Positions 11,201 to 25,300 of a stretch of DNA of 64,000 nucleotides are shown here, one piece after another. The stretch comes from Flectonema sp. DT1601 (lineage: Eukaryota), in the NCBI GenBank assembly GCA_964019425.1, contig OZ025791.1, positions 806,001 to 870,000 on the forward strand, given 5' to 3'. The translations under genes were made by a program, and so were the position numbers. The notes below the pieces were generated by a model. The model worked only from the letters and a program-made list of their open reading frames with translations, was not told the origin of the DNA and searched no databases. Positions within the stretch are counted from its first letter, which is position 1, and each line of letters begins with the position of its first letter.

Positions 11201-14200
11201 TATGAGAAAACGAAGTCTGCCTTGAAAGCCTGTCTACAGGACTGTGTGCACTTACAGTGTGATTAAAAAAAAAAAAAAAAAAAAAGCGGTCTCCACAACC
11301 AGCTAAAGAAGAAATTGACTTCAAAATCCAAGCAAATTGCTGTTGACTCTCACAGCGTGCTGTACTTAAGGATGATCGGTGGTTCTCCTTGACTCGTTGT
11401 GATTGTTTTTGGTCAAATTGTTACGTATCAGTGGATCCGTAGCAAATTATTTCTTTTCCCCACCCCCCTATATTTCCATCATAGTATCAAGTTACCCTCT
11501 TTTTATTTACTCCGTTTGTTCTAATAATCCTTGCTGCGACTATTGAAGTGGTAATGGATTGTGTCCTCTGCTAGCTGTGAGTATCCCACTCCCTAATAAA
11601 CAGCATCGTTGGATCTGATAGTAGTGTAGTTTAAAACAAACTTATTGACGTTACACTACAAATTGTTTATATGGACTACGGAGCCTATTGAAGTCTAATA
11701 GCGTTTTACTCTCTTTTCAAAAAGCTATTATTACCTACCCTTTCGCTTACCTACCAATAATGAATTGTGTGTGTGGGTGTTGTCTGATCCTCTGCTCCTT
11801 GTTGAGAAAAAAAAAAAAAAAAAAAAAAAAAATCAAAAACTGTTACTTAGGTGTGCAACAACCCAGCAGCTGTTTGGTATGAGTTGATTTTTTATCAAGG
11901 AATGTAGAAGATTAGTTTTACTTGTTTTTCTTTTGTTTTTAGATACTAACATTGGTGTGGTCATTCTTTCTAAAAAAAGACTTAATGAAAGTCTTACGGA
12001 TTCCTACTCAGGACTTTATCTAACATGCAACGAGCAGTACTACTTCTGTTGTTTATTTTAATTTTAATTTTATTTTCTATTTATTTTTTTGGATTGATAT
12101 TTCTCCTTTCGTTGTATGAAGTTTGACCTTTACTTTATTTAAGGTAAGGTCTGTTTGCTGTTTTTCTTCTTCTTTTTTTTTTTTCCCCCTTGTGTTACAC
12201 CTTGTTGATGAAATTGACAATCGCATCTGTAGCTACATTACCATGGGGGAAAAAAAAAAAAAAAAAAAATAAAATACATTTCCCTTTCCCTTCCAGACAT
12301 TTCTTTTTATTGTAACCACAACCCGCGAAAGCGAGACATCAAGCTTAGCATTTATACTTGAAATGTCTGTTCGCGGCGTACAAAAGACCGAATAAACTCT
12401 ACGGGTCTCTTTTTTTCCCCTGATAACGAGATCTTAAGTACTCTAATTTCAGTATTTCAGCCACGTTTTTTTATTCTTCTGTTGCTTTGCAACATTTTTG
12501 GATTTTTTTATTTTCTTTTATGAATAATGATTTGTTTGAATTTTTCAATTTTTCAATTTTTTTTTTTTTTATTTTCTTTTTTTTTTTTGGACATGTGATT
12601 TATGGCAAAAAAAAAAAAAAATACATATAGGAAGCAAGTAAGGTCAAGTGAGCACAAAAAAAAAAAAAACTTTTTTTTCCCCTTTTCTCCTCCTCTTTAT
12701 TTAAATTATTTCACCCCGTTTTCTGCAATATTTTACAAAATCAAACAATTATCTCCCTCAAAGGGGATCACGGGGCAAGAAAGAATGTGAAAGGGGGCGA
12801 TTTCCTGCCTTCTTTTGCTAGCCCTCAACAGATTACAGACCTGGTAAGAAACGAGCATAATAATTAGCAAGCAACCGTTCCCAAAAAAAGAAAAAGAAAT
12901 AATACAATAAGCAAACGGTCGTCAGGCTACTACTAGTCTGATGTTATATACATCTGTAGGATGGAATTTCTTCCAATCCAAATTCTAGTTTTTTCTTACT
13001 AAATTGAAAGAAGTCTCTCACCCAGTACTTGGATCGTGTAAATACCGGAACTGAAAACCTTAACAGAATTAAAAAAAAAAAAAAAAAAAAAAAACAGAAG
13101 GACGGTGTTATACAGCTTGCTTTGTGTTAGAAGCTGTCTGGATAGACACCTTTTTTTAATGGCCTCTCAGCGATCGCTTAATAGATCCTAATGACAGTTT
13201 CGGCTTTTTCTTGGATGCTCGTTCAAGGCTCAATAGATATAGGTGATTGTTGTTGCTTACTTCAAGTGGAAGGTGTTTTTTTTATATTTGTTCTTCTTCT
13301 TCTTCTTCTGTTGTGTTGTCTCCGTCCTTTTCATATGATAAGGCAATGCATTAAATATAATATCGGTATCGCATTATGTGCATCGACGGTTTTCCCCCCC
13401 CCCCTCTATTTTTTTTTTTGTTGTTCTTCCCCCTCTTGTTAACTTTTTTTCTTGAAGCCAGAAACGTGATGTTGTGTTCCCCGTGTCGCCATTCCTGTGG
13501 ACCCTATGCAAATCATGCTTTCTCTTTACACGTTGCGTTTTCTTTTCACAAGTTGTGTCTGCTGGGACTAATTTGAGCACCTTTTTAGATATTTCCAATT
13601 TGGATCTTAAAGGAACTACGTTTTACTTGTTTTCCTTTTTTTTTTTGAAACGGGTTCTATCAGTGAATTCGCGTCTATCGAAAAAAAAAAAAAAAAAAGG
13701 AAAACAAAAAAAACAAAAAAAAGAAAATAAGGAAAAAAAGAAAAAAGATGACAACGTCAACAGGGAGAGACCAAAAGGGGTTCTTGTGACTCACTTGCGT
13801 TTTTTTTTACAATTTTTTTTTTTTTTTTTTTATTCTTGTATGGAGTCAAAGTAATAAAAAAAAAAAGGAAAAAAAAAAGAAATGAAGAGAAGCAGACAAT
13901 CAAAGACAGAATAAAATTTCAGGCATGAACGAATAAAGGAATTCTAAAAGAAAGAATAAAAAAAAAAAACAGCTGCGCAGTTTATGCTTTCAAATTTTTG
14001 AAAGCTTTTGGCTGAAGCTGGTCATTTTTGGTTTGCATTTAGTAGAGGGGAAAATATGACCAAAAAAAAAAGAAAAAATCTTTCGAAACGAGGGGAAACC
14101 AAAATTTTATCATAATAACCCTTTTCACACTTGACACACACGCGCAATACACCACCAACTCCTATCTGACTTAGAAATCGTGACAGAAAATCCTTATACA

Positions 14201-15149
14201 AACATTTTCCGTTGAAATGGAAAAAGTTACCAAAAATGGATTCTCCTTTTTTTTTCTTTCTTCCCTCTTATATCTTCTTCAGGCTTTTCGTTAAGTGATT
14301 TCTTTTCCTTCTTTCTTCTCATCCTCCTGATGACTCATTTTTTTGTTCCAAATAAGAAAAGAGAAAGACGGTATACCGCTTACATAACAAGCCATGGCCG
14401 ACGTTCTGTGACCGCTTTTGATATTGCTATAGTTTTTTTTTTCCTCTTTTTTCCCCCTCTCTGTTTTCCCTCGGGAAAGGAAAAAAAAACAAAGATATTG
14501 AAAACATAATGTATTATGTTGGCGCACAAATAGCAATTGTAGGTCTCTGGTAATTCTTAGACGCCTTTGCTTTCTTTTTACCTCAACACAATGGTAGAAA
14601 TTGAGCAGGGACTGCATCTTATTTTTTTTTTCCCATCAAAAAGTGATTCCTCCTGTTTTTTTCCCCCTTCTAACTTTTATCTTTGTTGGTCTTTTCGTTG
14701 CTAGTAAGACCCGCGGATGGTGGAGTAGCTAATTAAAAAAAAAAAAAAAACTCCACCTTCGTGAGGTTGCGCAGACCCACGAAAATGAATGTGTCTTCAC
14801 TCGTTTTTTTTTTTTTTTGAAGTGAAAATCTTTTTTCTTTTTTGGTGGCCGCTTGACGGACTGCAATGCTACTTCCGTAGCATAAGAAAAAGTAAAAAAA
14901 AAAAAAAAATGAAGGGAGTGGAAAAAAAAAAAAAAAAAAAAAAATACTGAAACACCGTGAAAATTGCACAGATTTTTTCCCCCACCAACTGTAGTAACGT
15001 ATGTTTATCGTTTCTTATAGGAGGAAAAATTTTTTTTTTTTATTAGTAAAAATTGTAATCGCTGTGGTTTGTTACTTTTTTTTTTCCCTTTCTCCCTTCC
15101 TTTCTCCTTCTTTTATCTCATTCTCCTACTCTCAATTCGATAATGTCTG

Positions 15150-15187
<38 letters not shown>

Positions 15188-16339
15188 TTGTTTCCTCCTT
15201 GTCTTTTGTCATCCCCCAAATAATGAATCTCACAGTTTTGTGCAGTTTATTGCGGAGGTTGACTCCAGGATTTTCCCTCTTAGCCTTTTTTTTTTTTAAA
15301 ACTTCCTTTTCTTCTCTTAATATTTTTTGCCCCAGTATAGCCGATTTATGTTATATTTCAAGTTAGTTTTACGTCTCTTTGTTTACGGTGTGATATAGCA
15401 GCTGTTTTTCTGGAAAATAATTTTTCCTTAAGGGTTTTAGTGTTTGTTCGTTATCTCCTGTTGTATGTGGGAATGCACTCTCTGAAGTTGCGCAGTTTTT
15501 TTTATACACACAAAAATGCCTGTTCTTTTTGTTCCAAAAAAACAAATCCGTTACAGAAAGTTGTTTGTCCTATCAAACGTATTGTTTCGTAAGGAAGATG
15601 TCACTCCCGTTACGCTCCCCATCAGAGCCACTTACAGATATCTAGGCTTGTCGTATTTTTCTTTTTGTCGCCGTTGTTTCTTTCCACCGCCTTTTTTTTT
15701 TTTATTATACAAAATTCTTATTTTTCTCTCCCCCATTTTTTTTTCCCCTCTTTTTTTTCTCTTTTCCCCCCTTTTCCCCTTCTTATTCTATCGGATCGGA
15801 AAGGGGAAAAAAAAAAAAAAAAAAAAACAATTGTAAAACGAAAAGGGAGAAGGCTTTCTTTCTTTTTCTTCCTTTGCTTGGCTTTTTTAAATTTTTTTTT
15901 TAATTTTCTTTCTAAATAGTTCCAAAGAAAGTGTGTGGCAATCTACTTGCCGCTTGGAAGCGGCAACGAGTTAGGCATAGCTGTCGGTCACTTTGAGTAT
16001 GCAGCAACTTCAACTTTAACTAACCTATGTAGCAGAAAAGAAAACACACGCACGAACGGTTGGAAATTTCTTTTTCTTTTTCTTCTTCTTCTTCTTTTTT
16101 TTTTTGTCCTCTCTTTCCTTTTTTCCCCCCTCTTGAGGTTTCAAGTGAGATATTACTGAGAAGTTACACCGAATTAAACTTATCCTTTTCAGATTTCCCT
16201 CAAATAGTTACAATGAATCAGATGTATGTTATATTAACTTGTGGTACAATATGATATTTGGAAATAATAATTTAACTCTCTCCGCAGACCTCTTACCTGT
16301 AAAGGAATCACATCTGCTGTACGGAGGAAATAACAAAAT

Positions 16340-19300
16340 ATGTATCGGAACATGAGCCCAAATATAATTTTTGGGAGTTTAGTGGTGTTGGGGTTGATTA
16401 GTGGGATGGAAGGAGCGGGTACGAAGACGTCGACGATAACGATATCTGATTCATCGTCGGAATCAGCAAGTGCGTCATTGACGGTTTCGATGTCACTACC
16501 AACAAGTTCTATGTCAGCAACGGATTCGTTGTCAGCATCTAGTTCGCTGTCGGCATCTCTGTCTGCATCTGGTTCACTGTCCGCATCTGGTTCACTGTCC
16601 GCATCTGGTTCATTGTCGGCATCTGGTTCGCTTTCGGCATCTGGTTCGCTTTCGGCATCTAGTTCACTGTCGGCATCTAGTTCACTTTCAGGTTCACTAA
16701 GTGCATCAATGTCCTTGACAGTTTCTATGTCGCTACCAACAAGTTCCATGTCGGCATCATCATCAGACTCAATGTCTAAATCTATGTCACTATCGAGTAG
16801 TTCTTCAGCATCATTAACTGTTTCACTATCACTACCAACTGGTTCAGCAACATTCTCTTCAAGTTTAAGCAGCAGTGCTTCTGGATCAATAAGTGATAGT
16901 CTTTCACACAGTCTGAGTCATAGTCTCTCAATTAGTAGTAGTTTGTCGTCAAGTTTAAGTTCTTCAGCGAGTATTACTGTGAGTTTATCATTACCAACTG
17001 GAACTGCTACTGGCACTGAGTCTATGAGCAGCAGTGGATCTGCTTCGATTAGTAAGTCGGACAGTTTCTCACAAAGCTTATCGCATAGTTTGAGTATCAG
17101 TTTATCTTCAAGTCATTCTCTCAGTGCTTCTCTCAGTTCATCGCTAAGTTTGAGTAAATCACTTTCTGATAGTTTAACTGTGAGTTTATCAATTCCAACT
17201 GGTACGGCAACATCATCATCGAGTCTGAGTCTTAGTGAGTCACACTCGTTGAGTCTTACTGTTAGTTTGTCTCTTCCAACTGGAACAGCAACAGCATCAG
17301 AGAGTATGAGTCACAGTCTCACTGATTCGAAGAGTTTATCACTTAGTTCTTCATTGTCATTGTCGGGTAGTTTAAGTCTCACTGATTCGAAGAGTTTATC
17401 ACTTAGTTCTTCATTGTCATTGTCGGGTAGTTTAAGTAGCAGTTTTTCATTGAGTAAATCTTTTAGTGAGTCAAACAGTTTATCTTATACTGTGTCACTG
17501 TCTCTACCTACAGATACTGCATCCATGACAGTATCTATGTCGTTGCCAACTGGGTCAGCAACGTTTTCGAGTTCACTCTCTGACTCTTTATCACATTCGT
17601 TGTCAATCACCCAGTCGTTGTCGTTGCCAACTGCAACTGATTCAATGACGTTTTCACTGTCTTTGCCTACTGGTAGTGCGACCTTTTCTCATTCGTTGTC
17701 GGATTCAATGAGTTTGAGTCACAGTATGTCATTGACAGATTCGTCGAGTTTGTCGTTGAGTTTCTCTCACAGTTTGAGTCACAGTTTATCGTTATCGGAA
17801 TCATTCAGTCACTCGTTGAGTTTCTCTCACAGTTTGAGTCACAGTTTATCGTTATCGGAATCATTCAGTCACTCGTTGAGTCTGACGGTGTCCTTGTCGC
17901 TACCGACTGCTACTGGTACTCATTCAGAGAGTATGAGTCATTCAGAGTCTTCCTCGCTTTCGCTATCTCACAGTTTGTCTTTAAGTTCGTCACATAGTTT
18001 ATCACTATCACACTCATTGTCTCTCAGTGATTCGTTGTCATTATCACATTCTCTGTCTCTATCTTTGTCGGGCAGTTTGTCTCTAACTGGATCACTGTCG
18101 TTAACACATTCCTATTCTGAGTCGTTGACTCACTCATTGTCGTTGTCGGAATCGGTTTCTTTGTCACATTCATTTACTGTTTCTCTTTCACTACCAACTG
18201 CAACTGAAACACACACGGTGTCGATGTCATTACCAACTGCTACCGTGAGTATGTCCCTTCCGACTGGTAGTGCGACTCACACATTTTCGATATCGTTGCC
18301 AACGGCTACCGAGAGTATGACATTTTCACCAACTGTACGAAGACATAATTATACTTTAGATATTGCTCCGTCATCATTTGCGGAGGGTCAAGAAGTAAGA
18401 GTTATGATAAAGACAATCTCGTCAACTGATCAGACTGCTGTTAACCATTTTAATGTAACTGACGACACTGCAATGATTATAAAAATATTCGCCTGGTCAT
18501 CAGTCTACGTTGATAACTGTGTTGGATATGTTCAAGGTGCGACACCAATTCAAACAAGAAAAGGATTTGGATTATCCACTACGAATCCAGGAAATGTTTC
18601 ACAAGAAGTCGTCGACTCAGCCTTTGTAACTTTTGATGCTCCGTCCAGTAGCACACCTTTTGTTATCTGTTTTAGGCATCACATTGATGAGAATACTGTT
18701 TGGGATGTCGAATCTCACGATATTTGGACAGCATTCGAAATTAAAGACCAGCACATCTTTACATCAACATCATCGAATGCTTGGTACTACTTACCAGAAG
18801 CATCAGTTGGTCAGTATGCTATTGTTCAGTTACTCAGTACTGAATCAGCTTGGAATTTTACTTACCCATCATCATCATGTGCCAGTACGAATTATGCAAC
18901 GCTAACTTCATGTGGTCTCGGTGATGCTTTGAAAATTGTTCCTCAAGGAGAAGCCTGCACTTATGAATTTCAGTCATTTGAAAAACCATATCTCGGATCG
19001 TACTTCGTTGAGAATGATGGAACTTGGAGCCCTGAAGCCCTTCTTGGTCTTAAAGAAGGAGCAACAGCAGGAGGTATGGGTCTTTTTGGAACTCAATATG
19101 CAAACCCTCTAATTGATACGTGGTCAGGTTCTGGTAGTTACAGTTCCGTAAACAGTGAGAATGCAACTGTTGCTCCTGGATCTGGTGGAGACACAAAGCA
19201 TGCTTATGTTTACGTGAGACTTCCTACAACTGTTGGAAAGAAGTATGATGTTTGTTTCTCTTCCAGAGAGCAGAGAATGCAACTTAGAAGTGAGGGGAAT

Positions 19301-22300
19301 TCTACAGCTTTGGATCAAGTTTCTGTATGGAGAAAACTATACAGATGTACATCAACATCATCATGTTCATCTACTAATTCTTACTTTACTTCTATTGCTG
19401 AAGAAGTTGGATGGTCGATGGTTGACTTATCACCTGGAACTTGGGGTGAAATCGTTTTCGACGACTCCGGTTCTGGTAAACTGAGTACAGTCCCATCCTC
19501 TAGTCATATGGAACAGGATGCTATTTCAACTTCTCTAACTAAACCAATCGTAAGAATAAGTAAAAGAAGATCAAACTATTGGTCTCCTCAAGGAGGTGAT
19601 TACTTCAGATTAGTATCGTCATCAAGATTCTCTGAATCAGTATCAAATGGTAGAGATTGGACTACTGGGTATGGATCATCGCCATCAGCTGGTTGTTGGT
19701 ATCGATCAGCTGATTCAACATACGGTTACATTGATCTTGGAGCACAGTACGGAATTGCTTCTCGTGATCTGTTTGGAGATCCAACACTCAAAACACGTGC
19801 TAATGATGATTTACCTTCCCAAACGGAGTCTTACTCTACTCTTTACGTACCAAGCACTGAATCATCTCAGTGGTATGTTTGTTATCGTCGTACTTGTAAT
19901 TCAGGTAGTTCTTGCGTCGCTAATAGTGGAATGCGTGTGTTACCTTTTCATAAAAAGGCTATTGGAAGTACCCCAACAAAGTGGCTTCACTTAGACTCGA
20001 AGTACCTTCCGGGAACACTGTCAACAGCAGCACATGCATTAGTACCACAGTCTTGGGGATCAGATACTGTACAGTACCCTCAGTCAATGACTTGGTATAT
20101 GAATGATACGAGAGCTGGTACTTGGGGTCCGATGATTGTTGAGGCTTCAAACAGAACGAAACTTTCAACATTAGATTCCAGACCGTGGGATTTAGTCAGA
20201 ACATACTCCACACTCGACACTGTGATAGCTACTAAAGGAAGTACTCTTCGATTAGTTCCATCATCAAGACCATGTGATTATCCACAATACACTGCTAATT
20301 CTGATATGGGTGCTGATCTCAAAGACGGAGGTATGGTCGAATGTAACAGTGCTGATGCTCAGCTTCCACAAACAGGTTGTGATGGGAGTACATCAGACGT
20401 TATTTCTACTACAAGTATTGCTTTTTATATGATGGTTCCTGTCGTAGGTACTTACAAAGTTTGTTATCGATTGAGAGGATGGAATTGGAGAGAAATATCA
20501 GCTTGGTCTGAGAGCACATCAGTAATAAATGATGCAACCCATCCTATGCCCTCTGGAGGATTCTTAGAACGTGGTCAGTGGTTACAACCATCAGCTTTAA
20601 CAACAACAAGTGACTCAAATACACTTTCAGTGATGGCTGAAGAACACAGATCTGGAATGGAGGCTCTGTTCATAGTGTCTGATACTCGATCAGAGTTATC
20701 TGCAGCACCACGAGGACCATGTCCTGGTGGTTGCGATAATTCAGGTGACGTTCTCAGACTTGTTCGTCACAATGAACCTTGTGATGTAAATCCAATAAAC
20801 TGGAAGCCAAAGTTCGCAGACACTCATCTATCTCTTTACTGTCCAATGGCTGGTAAAGGTCGCGTTGAGTCCAGTGGATTGTATGGTTACCATAAAGCAA
20901 ATCCTTGTTCACAATCAGAAGTCGCGAAAAGCCTTTGCGGTAATCAAACATGCGGCACTGCAGCACCATCTGCAGACTTAGCATTGCACGTCAAACATCT
21001 TTCTGACTACTACGATGACATCGTTCCTGGAGATCATGTTTTCTGGAACCATGATTCCCTAGCAGCAACGATAACACTGCCGGCATATAATGAAAGTAGT
21101 TTTCTTGGAAATTTATACAAATTATGTTACAAACAATCAAAGATGGCTAATTGGGTAATCCTCAAGCAGTGGGAAGTTGAAGCACCCTCTGGAATGATTA
21201 TATCACCAGATCCTACATCGATCATTGTTGGTGGTGAAGTTAAGAAATTTGTAGTAACCGTTCCTGAAGTAATCCCCAACAGCACTTTAGGAACTCCACA
21301 AGTACAATCATTCCATGCCAAACTTATTAAAAAGACCAATACCAGCAACGATAATTGTTTTGGGCTTGCTGCATCCACAGAAGCAGGACACTCAACAGCA
21401 GCAATATCTGACTTGGGATGGGAAGGAACGACTCGAACAATGATTCATTTCCACATTAACACCCCGCACAAGGCTGGAGACTACCATCTGTGTGTCCAAC
21501 TACAGGCCTACACATCTGATAATTCCTCCAACGACACAATGGCATGGTGGCATGCAGGTACCTACTCTGTAAAAGATAACGGAATCAGATGGTATGTTAC
21601 TAGTGGTAATCAACCAATGAACAGTGGATTATCAACTATCAACTTTATCCGATGCGCTACAACAATTGGGTCACGCTATTGTGATCCAACCTTAAGCACA
21701 GATACCTTCAATACTGATCCTGGTATGGATAGAGTTAAAATAATACCAATCGTTGATACATGTAATTCAGGAATCGCTGATGAAGTCCGTAGTGGAGGTA
21801 AATCTATTCATGTAGGGTTAGAAAAGGGAGGTGTTGGGGGAATATCAAACTTAGGTCCTGCTGACGGCCCAAGTGATGTCGCAAGTGCGATAACGAATTT
21901 ACCTCCGACTGTGAATGATGTACCTGTTGAATACAAAGTCTGTGTTCGTACCACTTTCTCAACTGCTACTTTTGGAGGTACTCTCGGCCATAAGAGATGG
22001 GTAGAAGTAGCCCAGGCAACAAGAATATCGGGTCAACTTTCCATCGGTAAAAGCAATAACGAATCCGCCTTCTACACCGCACCCGCACTGGTACAGAGTT
22101 GGTCTGTTGACTCAGCAATCGCACCACACACATCTTTATTTACGGGACCAATGGCAGGGTCAGTAGCATTAGGAGGTGCTTCGACATCATTTAATGCAGC
22201 GCCGACTGCTTCTGGTACACTGACTGCAACAACAGGTTTTAAATTCAACACCTACTCGACTTCGGCAGTGGCGACACTCGGAGCGTCGAATTACTTTAAA

Positions 22301-25300
22301 TTAGTTCTTGCAAAGCAACCTTCGAAAAGACTACCACCTGATCCAGTTGGCGCAGCATGGGGAACAGTATCAACGTGGACATCATCAGATTCTGACTGCT
22401 CAGGACCAGCAGTTGACTCCACTACAAATACTGTTAATTGTTCTGTAGGAACTGGTGCTCGTGCTGACGCGTTGTGTCCTTCACTTTCGGATCATATTAC
22501 TGGTACTGGTGCAAGGTTAGATGCGACATTTCATATTCCTCTCAACCCTGGTCAGTATAAAGTTTGTTATAAGGTTGCTCATTCATCTTTGACTGTTGCT
22601 CAACCTTGGTTGTGGCTTCCATCTGATGCAGGTGAGTATGGATTGTTTTCTCATCCATCGTTTTTAGAAGTTCAAGTGGAGTCCAATTTTAAAACAAACC
22701 TGACAGTTCTCGATCTTCGTGTTACTGATGACGGGTCTGGAGATGGAGTTCAAACGTCGCTGTCCTCTTTCTGTTCGTACGATCAGATAGACGGGGAAGG
22801 TATTGCCTGCAACTTGCAAAACAATGCCGGTTTTGACACCGATTTAATAACTGTCGTAAATGGTTCTCAAGTCTGTCCATCACCAACACTAACCGCAACA
22901 GGAAGTATACAAGGTCCCGATGAATGGTTTCGTCTTCTCAGAATCTCTAACGTCTCTGCTATGATTTGGAACACATGGTTGGCATCATCAAATCAGTTTA
23001 TTATGCCTCCTGCAAATCCAGGGTCATTCCAACAGTTCAAAGTGTGCATGTACAAAGCTGGTGAAGCCACACCTGCATTCTTTAACTCAACATTCGGAGA
23101 CAAGAGAGTAACAAAACAAGGAGTCGTACTACAATTATACAACGGAGGAATGGCACTTCAAGGTGGAGGTAGTGGATATTGGAGAGATGGTAATGTCGGT
23201 CAACCAACACAGCTAACAGTTACTAGTGATTTACCTATTGATAGAAGCCTGAGATTTAGTGCTTTTACGAGTACAACAGAATCTCTATATTCAACAATCC
23301 CTGCAGCCAATGTCACTGACTCTTCTACAAATAAAGTATCACGTACACCTCTTATCAATTCTGGTACAAAGGTAACGTATCTTGTGAAATTAGCAACTGC
23401 TGAAGGTACTCATGTGCCGTTCGGATCTTATGCTGTTGATGTTAAAAGATGTGCTGGGTCCGATACATTTGCTGGTTTAGGCTGTCCATCACCATGGACA
23501 GAACCTACAGCAGTAGCAGGAGAGCCTTACTTAATACAAAGTTTCGGTACATGTACAGCAGCAAGTGCTCCAAAGTACGGTTGGCCAGAGAATGGTCTTC
23601 GCCAATCGATGGTTGACGGAGTTGTTAGTTTTGGAATTCAATATCGTTCTGCGTGTCCACAAAATGATTTCGGATGTGGTTTATTGTTTGCAGCTAATGG
23701 AGACACTTTACTATCAGTACCTCAGTGGATTAATGTTCAACAGAGACCTGTTACAGCTGTTGCTTTAGATAAAGTAGAAACAATATCAGCTAAGTTAGGA
23801 ACCACATCAAAATCAACAGGTTGCACCTCAACAGAACCAGCTTGCTACGAAAAGACTTGTTGGAGTGGTGAAACATGCAAACTTCTTGTTGAAGCCCGTT
23901 GGAGAGGACCAGAGTATTCCCCTGGAGGAACTTTTTCTATTGGTTTTGCTCCAGCTGACTATCCAACTAATAGTGGTACTGCTACACCACAAGCAGTGGT
24001 TGATTTAATTGGAAACACAATGAACTCTGGTAGACCTCTTGATGTCTCTTGGGATATGGGAGGATCATACACCTACACCTTTAGTCCAGCATTGGTTGTT
24101 GGAGTAACAGAAGGACTTGTATTTCTTAATATTACCTATCCGAGAAGTGCTGACACATCAAGTAGTGATTGGACCAGAGTAGTAGTAAATGTTAAGAGAA
24201 GACTTCCAGTTGAAATCAGAGTCATGTCCATCACTCCAAGAGATGTCTCGATGGGACTAACTACTGACAGAGTTCCATCACCAGGATTTAGAGGTGATAG
24301 TTCTACTGTGAATACAATGACTGCAGTTCCTGGTTGTTATGTCGAGGCATTAGTTCCTTACAGAATGAGATACAAAGGAATTGACAGCACTGGTGCTCCC
24401 GTTGCTCTGACTACTTTAGCAATGGCTGACTGGACAATAACAGGAAAGGTCGAGACGTCAGGATCTTTAAGTAAAGTGTTGGGTGTTATTGCTACTCCTG
24501 CTACTGATAACCTTGAAGGTACTCCTGTTTCTGTTTCTGGTTTAATTGCCAGTACTCCACAAAAGGATTCAGTCTCATGGTTTATCGATTTCCGTGTTTA
24601 TTCTGCTGATAATAAATGTTCTCGTTTTGCAGCATCTGGTGGTTGTACTCTACTCTTCACCTTTGCGCATGCTTCTGTTTCGGTTGCAGCGATTAAGGTT
24701 AAGGTTATTACCCCAGTTCGAGTCCCGGCATCGACCGTAAAAACTTCATTTGATAAGACAACCAGTTTGATAAGAGATGGTATTACTGTAACAGCTCTCG
24801 CAGGTACAAAGATTGCTTCAATGTTTGTGGTTGATGAGTTTCACTTTGGTGACTTCTTTGCACTGATCAATGGCCCTGGACCAGCAGACGGTTCTACAAA
24901 CAGAGATCAAGTTGAGATTTGGCATGAAACAGGTCTTAACACTCGATGTGCTTACCCATCAACAAGTGGAGTAGGTTGTTCAGTTTATAAATATGCTCCA
25001 AAGATATTAACAACAACAACTGGTAGTCAATGGGGAGCTCAATGGATAATGAGATCTAATAAACCTTGTTATGGATGTGAATTTACTTTTCACTCAACGT
25101 GGGGTGCTGGACCAGAATCTTATTTGTCAGCAAATGTTCAAATGGGAATGGCGACTCTGTCGTGGACATACGAGCCAATTGACATGGTCTGCAGTCCTAA
25201 TGCAGCATCACAACAAGTTGTTACATTTCCATCAGGTGCGACATTATCCAGCACGTTTAGTGTATCAGTTCAAGCAGTTGCGAAGGGAACCAGTACTCCT

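Noticed and set aside
313..16254. Dozens of short F/K-rich ORFs (also at 45.6-59 kb)
   Set aside because: Produced by poly(T)/poly(A) runs, with no protein-like composition.
16234..16749. Minus-strand 171-aa ORF with DADSEP repeats
   Set aside because: Antisense shadow of the SASGSL coding repeat of the giant gene.
17315..17881. 60-bp direct repeats as a CRISPR-like array
   Set aside because: Head-to-tail in-frame coding duplications with no spacers.
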